In this document: one piece after another, positions 27,005 to 35,501 of the stretch
Layout: every line of letters begins with the position of its first letter
How positions within the stretch are numbered: position 1 is the first letter of the stretch
Source of the DNA: Oscillospiraceae bacterium
Lineage (GTDB): Bacteria > Bacillota > Clostridia > Oscillospirales > CAG-382
DNA: 64,000 bases
NCBI GenBank assembly: GCA_015064895.1
Contig: SVRI01000008.1
Coordinates: 11,126 to 75,125 of the forward strand
Reading direction: 5' to 3'
Translations under genes and position numbers: made by a program
The notes under the pieces: generated by a model
Databases searched by the model: none
Told to the model about the DNA's origin: nothing
Seen by the model: the letters and a program-made list of their open reading frames with translations, nothing else

Positions 27005-29527
27005 CTAGAATCTTATCTGCTCTGTACGATTAATAATGTCATCCTGAAGCGACTTTGAAAGTGTTGTAAAGAGTGCGCTGTAGCCTGCAACACGAACAAC
27101 GAGGCTTCTGTAATTTTCGGGATGCTTCTGTGCATCTCTGAGTGTTTCACGGCTAACAACATTGAACTGCATATGCATACCCTTCTGGTCAAAGTAACCG
27201 CGAAGGAGAGCAACAAAGCTTTCAAGTCCTGCTGCACCTTCAAGTGCCGAGGGATGGAACTTCATGTTGAAAAGTGTACCGTTGGAAGCGATACCGTGGT
27301 CAAGCTTTGCAACGGAGTTTGCAGAAGCTGTAGGGCCGTGTGTGTCGTAGCCGGCTGAGGGTGATACACCGTCGGCAACAGGCTTCTTTGCACATCTGCC
27401 GTCGGGTGTAGCTCCCGTCTGTGCACCGAGAGGTACATTTGCAGATACGGGATAAAGTCCTGCCTGGAACATACCGCCACGGGTGTTCTTATATGTTTCA
27501 AGAGGTCTTGTGTAGTAGTATGCCGCTTCTCTTGCAAGAGCATCTACATCATTGATGTCGTTACCGAACTTATCAAGAGCGAGAATGTCTTCTCTTATCT
27601 TGTGATATTCTTCGTTAACAACAAGACCTTCAGCTTTTATCTTATTATATATATCTGTAATCTGATCCTGTGTCACATTCTTGCCCTGTGCACGAAGTGC
27701 CTTTGCAGTTTCATTTGCCGCAAGAAGTGCCTTTTCGTCGTCGATTTCGAGAATGCCGTAGTTGTTGTCAAGGGCATCCTTGATTTGACGGAGTGTGTAC
27801 TTCTTCTGTTCGTATACGAGGGTTCTTATGGAATAAAGCGAGTCGGCAACATTTGCAATACCGAAGCCCTGAGGACCTGTGAAGTTATAAACTGCACCGC
27901 CCTGTTCGGGTGTCTTTCCTCTTGCTATACAGTCATCAACCATACTTGCAAGGTAAGGAAGGGGTGCTCTTTCGGCATGGGCAAGGTCAATTGCATTATT
28001 GGAATTAACCATGAGAGAAATCATGTAATCCATCTGCTTCTGATATGCATTCTTAAAGTCGTCAAACGACTTGAAGGTATCGATATCGCCTGTTGCAGGA
28101 CCTATCTGTACGCCGTTATCCTTACCGTTTGAGAATACAAGCTCAAGAGGACGGCACATATTGAAGAACGCCGCATCGTGCCAGCCCCATGTTTTACCGG
28201 GACACTGAGGTTCAACACATCCGATGATATTATAGTTTCTTGCATCTCTGAGGGATACTCCTCTTGACATGAGAGCGGGAATGATAACTTCATCATTATA
28301 GTAAGCAGGAAGACCGACACCTGTTCTTGTCACGGTTGCCGCCTTGATAAGGAAATCATGGGGTGAACCGTTCCAAACCCTTACAGAGAGTGAGGGTGCA
28401 GGAAGATTTGTATGTAATGTTGCCTCAAGGCACATATATGAAAGCTCGTTTGTTGCATCGAGACCGTCTTCATTCTGTCCGCCTGCGATAAGGTTCTGGA
28501 ACATGCTGTAGCCTGCAAAGCCTTCGGCACTTGCGGCGTCTCTGCACTTAGACAGGTCATTGAGCTTAATCCATACGCAGTCAATAAGTTCCTGTGCTTC
28601 TTCAAGAGTAAGTGTGCCGTTTTCGATATCCTTCTTGAAGTAAGGATACATATACTGGTCAAAACGTCCGGGAGAAATGGAGTGACCGCTGGACTCTGTC
28701 TGCAGAAGCATCTGAACAAACCAGAAGCTCTGGCATGCTTCGTGGAATGTTGTCGCACCGTTTTCGGGAACTCTGGAGCAGTTATACGCAATAATTGCAA
28801 GCTCCTTCTTTCTGACGGGGTCAGATTCCTTTTCCATCATCTCAAGGGCAAGCTTTGCATATCTCTTTGCATAGTAGATAGCTGCTTCACAGCTTATTTC
28901 AACGGCTTCAAGGAATGCAGACTTTGTGTTGTAGTCTTCATCACCGAAGTTCATCTTTGCCTTTTCTGCTCTTACTCTTTCCAAGATTCCCTTATAACCG
29001 ATTCTGAGAACTTCGCCGTATTTTACGGTTACATGTCCTACACCGTTATAGTAATAGTTACCGGGAGTGAAGATATTATGCTCCATTGCAAGAAGTGTTT
29101 CGGGAGCCATATATGAAGATGCAAGCTCGCTTGTTGTCTTACCGCCCCAGTACTTATACACTTCATGGAGTGTTCTCTTTGTTTCCTCGGAGATATAGAA
29201 GGGGTCTGCACTTCTTGTTTCAACAGTATCAAATTCATCCTCAAGCCATGAGAAAGAAAATTCCGGGAACACCTGACAGCTTCTGGGCTGTTTTGTGGCA
29301 GCACCTACTACAAGCTCGTCGGGACGGATTGTAATCGGAATATACTCAAGGATATTCTTAAACGCCTTTGCACGGCGAAGCACCATGGGCTCGCCTTCGG
29401 TTGACATATAAGACTGCGTAAGAAGCACGGCTCTGTCTGCTTCAATCTGAGGCTTAGATGCAAAAAGATGCTCCTTTAATCTCTCAATTCTATCTGATTT
29501 TCTGATGGATTTTGCCATATCTGTCAT
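27005..29527 (-). CDS. glycyl radical enzyme, diol-dehydratase (eliminase) class; most like B12-independent 1,2-propanediol dehydratase
   Basis: 840 aa. Glycyl loop VVRVAGYSALF. The catalytic loop IIGCVEPQ has a single Cys plus Glu, not the PFL Cys-Cys pair. GAGGAGG RBS. Confidence 0.85.
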   Translation of the reverse strand: MTDMAKSIRKSDRIERLKEHLFASKPQIEADRAVLLTQSYMSTEGEPMVLRRAKAFKNILEYIPITIRPDELVVGAATKQPRSCQVFPEFSFSWLEDEFDTVETRSADPFYISEETKRTLHEVYKYWGGKTTSELASSYMAPETLLAMEHNIFTPGNYYYNGVGHVTVKYGEVLRIGYKGILERVRAEKAKMNFGDEDYNTKSAFLEAVEISCEAAIYYAKRYAKLALEMMEKESDPVRKKELAIIAYNCSRVPENGATTFHEACQSFWFVQMLLQTESSGHSISPGRFDQYMYPYFKKDIENGTLTLEEAQELIDCVWIKLNDLSKCRDAASAEGFAGYSMFQNLIAGGQNEDGLDATNELSYMCLEATLHTNLPAPSLSVRVWNGSPHDFLIKAATVTRTGVGLPAYYNDEVIIPALMSRGVSLRDARNYNIIGCVEPQCPGKTWGWHDAAFFNMCRPLELVFSNGKDNGVQIGPATGDIDTFKSFDDFKNAYQKQMDYMISLMVNSNNAIDLAHAERAPLPYLASMVDDCIARGKTPEQGGAVYNFTGPQGFGIANVADSLYSIRTLVYEQKKYTLRQIKDALDNNYGILEIDDEKALLAANETAKALRAQGKNVTQDQITDIYNKIKAEGLVVNEEYHKIREDILALDKFGNDINDVDALAREAAYYYTRPLETYKNTRGGMFQAGLYPVSANVPLGAQTGATPDGRCAKKPVADGVSPSAGYDTHGPTASANSVAKLDHGIASNGTLFNMKFHPSALEGAAGLESFVALLRGYFDQKGMHMQFNVVSRETLRDAQKHPENYRSLVVRVAGYSALFTTLSKSLQDDIINRTEQIRF

Positions 29528-29592
29528 GGTCTTTTCCTCCTCTGAAAGGAATCAATATATAGATAGTGATACTTCTACAATTATACATACTC

Positions 29593-29621
29593 ATTATATA
29601 ACAGGGAATGTTGCTTGTCAA
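29593..29621 (-). promoter_or_regulatory. sigma-70-type promoter for the GRE operon
   Basis: Minus strand reads TTGACA (29621-29616), 17 nt, TATAAT (29598-29593), about 65 nt upstream of the GRE ATG. Confidence 0.6.
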
Positions 29622-29680
29622 TAGGTTTTTGATAAATTTGTGTGGTTTTTTGATAAATTGTTGTGGTTTTGTGTTTGCTT
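29622..29680 (-). promoter_or_regulatory. tandem 20-bp direct repeats upstream of the GRE promoter (candidate regulator sites)
   Basis: tttttgataaatttgtgtgg (29626-29645) and tttttgataaattgttgtgg (29646-29665), then ttttgtgtt. Paralogous to 24627-24690. Confidence 0.5.
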
Positions 29681-29694
29681 TTGCCGATAAAACA

Positions 29695-29723
29695 TAAAAA
29701 CCGCACCCTCTCGGGTGCGGTTT
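29695..29723 (-). terminator. intrinsic terminator after the zinc-ribbon gene
   Basis: ccgcaccc/gggtgcgg stem with a T-run on the minus strand. The 29-nt sequence is identical to 30253-30281. Confidence 0.65.
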
Positions 29724-29730
29724 CATCGTT

Positions 29731-30177
29731 CTATGATTTTGGAACATTATATTTCTTCAGACTGCTTCCGCACGAGGGACAGTTTCCGTCATACGGACCG
29801 GGGTAATTACAATTTCCGCACCAAAACGGCGGGTCTGCATTATAGGTTCTGTTTTCTTCTTTTTTCTCATCAGGCTCTTGTCTGCGGATTGAACCGGAAC
29901 CTTCCTGAACAGTTTTTGGTTGCATAAGTTTGACAATCATTCTTGTGTTATTCTCGTTTTCGCTTGTTTTATGGACAAGCTCACCAAAGGCATATAAAAT
30001 CCACGTGGACACCCACGCAAAAACAGAAACACATATTATTACCAACAACCCGATTAAAATATCAATAAAACACAAGGAAAGTCCAACAATTATTGCCAAA
30101 ATAGTTTCAATCACAAAAATCGCTTTTGCCAACCCTTTGACTTTCAAACCAATATCGCTGTACATTTCTTCCAACAT
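29731..30177 (-). CDS. small membrane protein with C-terminal zinc-ribbon (CxxC...CxxC)
   Basis: 148 aa, two TM helices, CGNCNYPGPYDGNCPSCG. Confidence 0.6.
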   Translation of the reverse strand: MLEEMYSDIGLKVKGLAKAIFVIETILAIIVGLSLCFIDILIGLLVIICVSVFAWVSTWILYAFGELVHKTSENENNTRMIVKLMQPKTVQEGSGSIRRQEPDEKKEENRTYNADPPFWCGNCNYPGPYDGNCPSCGSSLKKYNVPKS

Positions 30178-30252
30178 AGCAATCCTCCTATTCTTTTTTT
30201 ATATTATATCACAAGGTCTACCGTTCTTCAAGAGAAATGTTTCTCCTCTTTG

Positions 30253-30281
30253 TAAAAACCGCACCCTCTCGGGTGCGGTTT
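30253..30281 (-). terminator. intrinsic terminator after the acyl-CoA ligase gene
   Basis: The same 29 nt as 29695-29723. Confidence 0.65.
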
Positions 30282-30287
30282 TCTTAT

Positions 30288-31982
30288 TTAATCATCAAGC
30301 AGATTGTCTTTGGACATTCTCTTTATCTTCTGAGTGGTTGTCTTATCAAATTCTCTATGTCTTATTGTAATCTTATGGACAGCTTTATAGCCGGGAAGAT
30401 TCTTATTGACCTTGTTCTTTACAAATTCAAGGAAGAAGCTTTGCATCTTTCCCTCAATTTCGGGGTCTTCCTTGCAAATACCAATCTTTTCAAGTTCATC
30501 ATAATTGGGGAATATCTTGACGGCAACAATTGTTTCGTCAATATCATTCAAAGTACCGTATGCCATACACTCCTTGATACAAGAGCACTTTTCGAGAAGC
30601 ACTTCAATTTCTTCGGGGAATATCTTCTTACCGTTATCGGTAACAATCATATTCTTGAGTCTGCCGACAATCATGTAATGTCCCGATTCATAGTCTATCT
30701 TCGCAAGGTCGCCCGTAAGGAAGTAACCCTCATCGTCAAATGCCGCCTTTGTAGCTTCTTCGTCATTGTAGTATCCTAGCATTACATTGGGACCTTTTAT
30801 CGCAAGCTCGCCTATACCGTCGGAATTGGGGTTTACAATCTTGACCTTATCCCCCGCCAGAGGAACACCGATTGTACCCGCCTTTCTTTCTCTGTCATTA
30901 TGCATAACACAAAGAGGTGCCGTTTCGGTAAGACCGTAGCCTGTATAAACCCTGAAGCCGAACTTTTCAAGGTCAAGGAAAACGTCCTTATCAACGCTTG
31001 CCGCACCAACAAGAATCATTCTGAGTCTTCCGCCGAAAGCTTCATGTACCGATTTAAAAAGCTTTGGTGCAATTTCGGGATTGAATTTATTGGTAAGCGT
31101 CGTTATCTTCTTTCCCACCGATATAAATGCCGCACCGCCCTTGACAGCAGCAACTTTTTTCATGATACCCGTATGGAACGCCTTCAAAAGCTGAGGCACA
31201 CCCATGAAAATGGTGGGTCTGTATTCCTTAAATTCGCCCAGCAAACGAAGAAGACTTGTTGCATAGCAGATGCTTGCACCGGAATAAAGGATGGCACAAA
31301 GACCGAGGGTGCATTCATATGTGTGATGAAGCGGAAGAACACTGAGTGTTCTGTCACGGGGTGTTACTTCTACGGTTTTGAGTGTTCCTACAACATCCGA
31401 TGCAATATTATACTGGCTGAGCATTACGCCCTTTGCAACTCCCGTTGTGCCGGATGTATAAAGAAGTGCACCGAGTCCGTATACATCTATTTTATGATTC
31501 TTATACGAGTTATCGCCGTTTGATATAAGTTTCTTGCCCTCGGCAACGGCAGCTGCTATTTCGGTTTTACACATTTTAAAGCCGTCAAATTCGCAAAGGT
31601 CGATTTTTTCCTGCATTTCCTTTGCATAAATTACAGCATCCGAACCCGAAAGCTCAAGAATGTTTTTGATTTCGGGTGCCTTTAGCTCTTTATCTATGGG
31701 AACAACTATACCTGTTCCGCAGACAACAGCCATATAAGAAAGGGCCCATTCATAACTGTTTTTACCTATAACTGCGACTTTCTTGTTTTCAAGACCCTTT
31801 GAACAAAGATATGTTGAAAGTGCTTTGATTTCAGAAAAAAATTCTTTATAGGTTATATGAACAATATTTCCGTGTTTATCCTTAACCAAAAACGCAGAGT
31901 TTGAACCGAATTCATCGACACTCGTTTCAATAAGTTCTCTTATTGAGCACACGTTTCTGACGTTATATGCAAACTTTTCCAA
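30288..31982 (-). CDS. AMP-dependent synthetase/ligase (long-chain fatty acid-CoA ligase-like)
   Basis: 564 aa. AMP-binding signature LLYTSGTTGVAKGVMLS, and TGD motif. Confidence 0.85.
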   Translation of the reverse strand: MEKFAYNVRNVCSIRELIETSVDEFGSNSAFLVKDKHGNIVHITYKEFFSEIKALSTYLCSKGLENKKVAVIGKNSYEWALSYMAVVCGTGIVVPIDKELKAPEIKNILELSGSDAVIYAKEMQEKIDLCEFDGFKMCKTEIAAAVAEGKKLISNGDNSYKNHKIDVYGLGALLYTSGTTGVAKGVMLSQYNIASDVVGTLKTVEVTPRDRTLSVLPLHHTYECTLGLCAILYSGASICYATSLLRLLGEFKEYRPTIFMGVPQLLKAFHTGIMKKVAAVKGGAAFISVGKKITTLTNKFNPEIAPKLFKSVHEAFGGRLRMILVGAASVDKDVFLDLEKFGFRVYTGYGLTETAPLCVMHNDRERKAGTIGVPLAGDKVKIVNPNSDGIGELAIKGPNVMLGYYNDEEATKAAFDDEGYFLTGDLAKIDYESGHYMIVGRLKNMIVTDNGKKIFPEEIEVLLEKCSCIKECMAYGTLNDIDETIVAVKIFPNYDELEKIGICKEDPEIEGKMQSFFLEFVKNKVNKNLPGYKAVHKITIRHREFDKTTTQKIKRMSKDNLLDD

Positions 31983-31999
31983 CGATATACCTCCGAGGC

Positions 32000-32368
32000 T
32001 TATTTGCCGTTCCCCTTGCGTTTAATGGCATTTACAATATCAATTGTAATATATGTCGCCATTCCCGTAAGAAGTGCAATTGCAATAATGGTGTTGCGTA
32101 TTTTTCTCATTTTGAGCTTTTTTGAAAGGGTAGCAAACTGTCTGTCAAGCTCGGTGATATCCCCCGACTTTTCTCTTACAAGCTCTCTTGCCTTTTCTTT
32201 ACCGTAAAGGGGTTCTCTGATTCTGTCCTCGGTTTTTTTGATTGCTCTGCAATAAGTGTTACAGTCGGGACATCCGGCGATATGCTGTTCAACGGCATTT
32301 TTCGTTTCAACGGATGCTGTGTCATCCACATACATAGGAATTAAATCTTTAATAATATCACAGGTCAT
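32000..32368 (-). CDS. anti-sigma factor (zf-HC2) with one TM helix
   Basis: H-x3-C-x2-C (HIAGCPDC). Overlaps the sigma gene stop (ATGACCTGTGA). An alternative GTG start is at 32389. Confidence 0.7.
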   Translation of the reverse strand: MTCDIIKDLIPMYVDDTASVETKNAVEQHIAGCPDCNTYCRAIKKTEDRIREPLYGKEKARELVREKSGDITELDRQFATLSKKLKMRKIRNTIIAIALLTGMATYITIDIVNAIKRKGNGK

Positions 32369-32855
32369 TTTTTTCAAACAGCTCCTCACTAATAATCTTT
32401 TTTGCTCTATGGAAAATTACTTTTGCAGAAGATGTGCTGATACCCAAGGCATTTGCCACATCGCCAAATGAAAGGTCGGCATATACTCTCAAAACCACCA
32501 CGTCACGGTAGTTTTTTGGAAGTCGTTCTATTACCGTCTGTATTTCCTTTGATCTCAAGCTTCTCAGGCATGCCTCTTCGGGTGTGTCTGCATTGTCCTG
32601 CAATTCAATAACCGACTCAATATCAATATATTCAAGTTTTTTCTTACGTATATATTTATAGTACACATTCTTTGCTATGCTTGCTATAAAGGTAAACAAC
32701 TTACATGTGCCGTTATATTTATGAAGGCTTCGGTACAACTCATAAAAAGTATCCTGAGTCATTTCCTCTGTCATTTCCTTGTCGTGACAAAGCTTAAAAA
32801 GAAAGGCATATACTCTGGGATAATACTCTTTGTAGAGCTTTTCAAAATCTTCCAC
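32358..32855 (-). CDS. ECF-type RNA polymerase sigma-70 factor
   Basis: 165 aa with region 2 (TQDTFYELY) and region 4 HTH (SFGDVANALGISTSSAKVIFHRA). Confidence 0.85.
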   Translation of the reverse strand: MEDFEKLYKEYYPRVYAFLFKLCHDKEMTEEMTQDTFYELYRSLHKYNGTCKLFTFIASIAKNVYYKYIRKKKLEYIDIESVIELQDNADTPEEACLRSLRSKEIQTVIERLPKNYRDVVVLRVYADLSFGDVANALGISTSSAKVIFHRAKKIISEELFEKNDL

Positions 32856-32917
32856 AGGGCAATGCCTCCTTTCTATTCCATTATGTTAATACCTTTTTGA
32901 GCTTTAAAAGTTACACC

Positions 32918-34726
32918 TTAAGCATCTTTTTCTTCCGGCTCAATCTGCGTTCCTCTTGCATCCTTGGGCAAGGTTATTGTAACAGTTGTGCCGTGTCCGT
33001 ATTCGCTTTCTATTGTTATGTCTCCACCGTGGGCATCGACAATATCCTTTGCAATGGAAAGTCCAAGACCTGTGCCGCCTGCATCGGTAGAACGGGATTT
33101 ATCAACTCGGTAAAATCTTTCAAAGATATGTTCAAGGTCTTCTTTGGGAATACCCACACCCGAGTCCTTAACCGAAATTGAATAGTGAGCCGTGTTCTTT
33201 TCGCTCAGCGTCACCGCAATTTTTCCGCCGTCGGGAGTATACTTTATGGCATTTCCTATTATGTTTGTAATTACCTGTTCTATTCTTTCCTTATCGGCAT
33301 ATATGGGCATGGAAATCTTTTCCGAAGGTTCAAGAGTAAGCTCATGACCGTGAACCTTTGCTTCGGAATTCAGTGCCGAACACATGCTTTCCGCCGCAGT
33401 ATAGAAATCAAACTTTGACGGTCTCCATGACATTCTCTTATTGTCAAGCCGTGACAACACAAGAAGGTCCTGTACAATTCTCGTCATTCTGTCGGATTCA
33501 TTTATGACAATGCTAAGGAATCTTTGCTTGATTGCTTCGGGCATATCGGGGTCTTCAATGATTGTTTCGGTTGCACCCTTTACACTTGTAAGGGGGGTTC
33601 TGAGTTCATGAGATACATTTGCAATAAACTCACGCCTGTTTTTCTCAAGAAGTGCACTTTCGGTTATATTCTGGAACACCACGATATAACCCGACTTTGC
33701 AGCACCGTCATATCCAAAGAAACCTACGTCAATGGAAACAACAAGTTCCCTTGTTTTGATATCCGACAAAGGCTGTTCTTCCACATGAATACTTCCGTGT
33801 TTTTTCATGCTTTCCATGGTAACCTCAGGTATTCCGAGTGCACATGTAAGCTCGTCAAAAGACGGCTTGTGATGTTCGGGAAAAGCAAGCATGGAAAGGG
33901 CTGACGGGTTTATATGTATAAGCTCGCCGTTTTCTTCAAATGCCGCAACACCTGCGTCAAGTCTGTCAAAGACATTCTTGAGTTTTTCTCTTTCGCCCGA
34001 AACCTCTTCAAGGGTATTTTCAATAACCTGAGCCATGCCGTTGAAGTTTTTGGCAAGGGTTCCGATTTCGTCTTTTGTTCTGATCTTAAGTCTATGGGAA
34101 TAATCTCCGGAAGAAATCTGCTTTGTACCGCCGGTGATTGTCTGTATGGGTCTTGTAATTGCCTTGGCAAGGAAAAACGCCATAACAAGAGCAATAATAA
34201 GACCGATTATCAATGCTCTGATAATCATGGAAAAGAGCATGAATGACAGCTCTTTTGTTTCGGTAAGGTCATCAATAATATATATAATACAGCTCTTTTC
34301 ACCGTTTTCTATATACATGGCATAATCGAGATATTCATTACCGTAAACCTGATCCTGACCCGTCTTGCCGTTCATGGCAGACATAAGATTTGGTGTCTTT
34401 TCAACGGTTGTAACATCTTCACGGGAGCTGCTTAATACATTTGCCTTTTTATCAAGAACATAAAAGTGTCTGTTTTTATCAAATCCAAAGGAACCCGAAT
34501 ACGCCAACAATATTTCTTTCTGATTCTCGGCATAATTGTCATATTCAAGTGCCTCGGTAAGTCTTTGCTTTATCGGTTCGTTAAAGCCTTCCTCCATCTG
34601 GGTAACAAACTCATCCGTATAAAAGTCAAAAACGCTGCTCATGAGAAAAATTCCCACAGTCGCCATGACTGCTATTATAAATACTATGAATATCAGTACA
34701 AGCTTTGAATTCAGACTCTTATACAA
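32918..34726 (-). CDS. sensor histidine kinase (TM-sensor-TM, HAMP, PAS, HisKA, HATPase; WalK/PhoR-like)
   Basis: H-box SHELRTPLT. N box IGNAIKYT. G boxes DSGVGI / GTGLGLSI. Confidence 0.9.
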   Translation of the reverse strand: MYKSLNSKLVLIFIVFIIAVMATVGIFLMSSVFDFYTDEFVTQMEEGFNEPIKQRLTEALEYDNYAENQKEILLAYSGSFGFDKNRHFYVLDKKANVLSSSREDVTTVEKTPNLMSAMNGKTGQDQVYGNEYLDYAMYIENGEKSCIIYIIDDLTETKELSFMLFSMIIRALIIGLIIALVMAFFLAKAITRPIQTITGGTKQISSGDYSHRLKIRTKDEIGTLAKNFNGMAQVIENTLEEVSGEREKLKNVFDRLDAGVAAFEENGELIHINPSALSMLAFPEHHKPSFDELTCALGIPEVTMESMKKHGSIHVEEQPLSDIKTRELVVSIDVGFFGYDGAAKSGYIVVFQNITESALLEKNRREFIANVSHELRTPLTSVKGATETIIEDPDMPEAIKQRFLSIVINESDRMTRIVQDLLVLSRLDNKRMSWRPSKFDFYTAAESMCSALNSEAKVHGHELTLEPSEKISMPIYADKERIEQVITNIIGNAIKYTPDGGKIAVTLSEKNTAHYSISVKDSGVGIPKEDLEHIFERFYRVDKSRSTDAGGTGLGLSIAKDIVDAHGGDITIESEYGHGTTVTITLPKDARGTQIEPEEKDA

Positions 34727-34775
34727 CGTCGTTTCCTCCTATTCTGAAAAATTTAAGGCTTTACTTTTCGAAAAT

Positions 34776-35486
34776 TTAATCAATATAATAACCCATTCCG
34801 CGTTTATTCTTTATAAATTTTGGCTCAGAAGGATTATCCTCTATTTGCTTTCGAAGGCGGGCAACGGTAACGTCCACCGTTCTGACATCACCGTAATAAT
34901 CATCATATCCCCAAACAGCTTCGAGAAGGGCGTCCTGTCTGTATTTTTTGCCTCTGTTTTTAGCAAGGAAAACAAGCAGTTCGTACTGTTGCTTGGAGAG
35001 GGATATTTCTTCACCGTTTTTCTTTACGCTGTATGCATTTGTGTCAATTTCAAGTTCATCCAGTATAATCTTTCCGTCATCTTCAGCATCAGCGGATTTT
35101 ACAACAGTTTCACCCGAATATCTTCTGATATTTGCCTTGATTCTGGAAATGAGTTCACCCAGACTGAAGGGCTTTGTCATATAGTCATCGGCACCCAGGT
35201 CAAGACCGAGGATTTTATCGTTTTCTTCTTCTCTTGCCGTAAGCATGATTATTGGGGTTTCAAGACGGCTTCTTACGCGTCTGCAAATTTCAAAACCATC
35301 AAGCTTCGGAAGCATTACATCAAGGAGTATAAGGTCAAATGTACCCGAAAGACCGAGGGCAAGACCCTTTTCTCCGTCATTTGCCACTTCTGCTTCATAA
35401 CCCTGTTTTTCAACATTATATTTCAGTATTTCTGCAATATCTCTTTCGTCTTCTACTATCAGTATTCTTTTTTTCTTCTGTTCCAT
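34776..35486 (-). CDS. OmpR-family response regulator
   Basis: Start at MEQKKKRILIVEDE behind AAAGGAG. Receiver Asp in LILLDVMLP. Winged-helix C-terminus. Confidence 0.9.
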   Translation of the reverse strand: MEQKKKRILIVEDERDIAEILKYNVEKQGYEAEVANDGEKGLALGLSGTFDLILLDVMLPKLDGFEICRRVRSRLETPIIMLTAREEENDKILGLDLGADDYMTKPFSLGELISRIKANIRRYSGETVVKSADAEDDGKIILDELEIDTNAYSVKKNGEEISLSKQQYELLVFLAKNRGKKYRQDALLEAVWGYDDYYGDVRTVDVTVARLRKQIEDNPSEPKFIKNKRGMGYYID

Positions 35487-35501
35487 TTTGTACACTCCTT
35501 T

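Noticed and set aside
26737-27033. A 98-aa ORF, plus similar ORFs at 39665-39907, 46625-46984, 46710-46892, 52563-52862, 59491-59733 and 63272-63670. They share peptide strings such as GFPDP and EFDRLRLWRSNG.
   Set aside because: The shared strings are translations of the repeat hairpin modules, read in different frames and orientations. These ORFs have no RBS and no consistent frame between copies, and all lie entirely within repeats.
27005-29527. Possible annotation as pyruvate formate-lyase.
   Set aside because: The catalytic loop is GCVEP (single Cys followed by Glu), which is characteristic of the dehydratase/eliminase GRE class, rather than the adjacent Cys-Cys of PFL. The BMC and aldolase context also argues against PFL.
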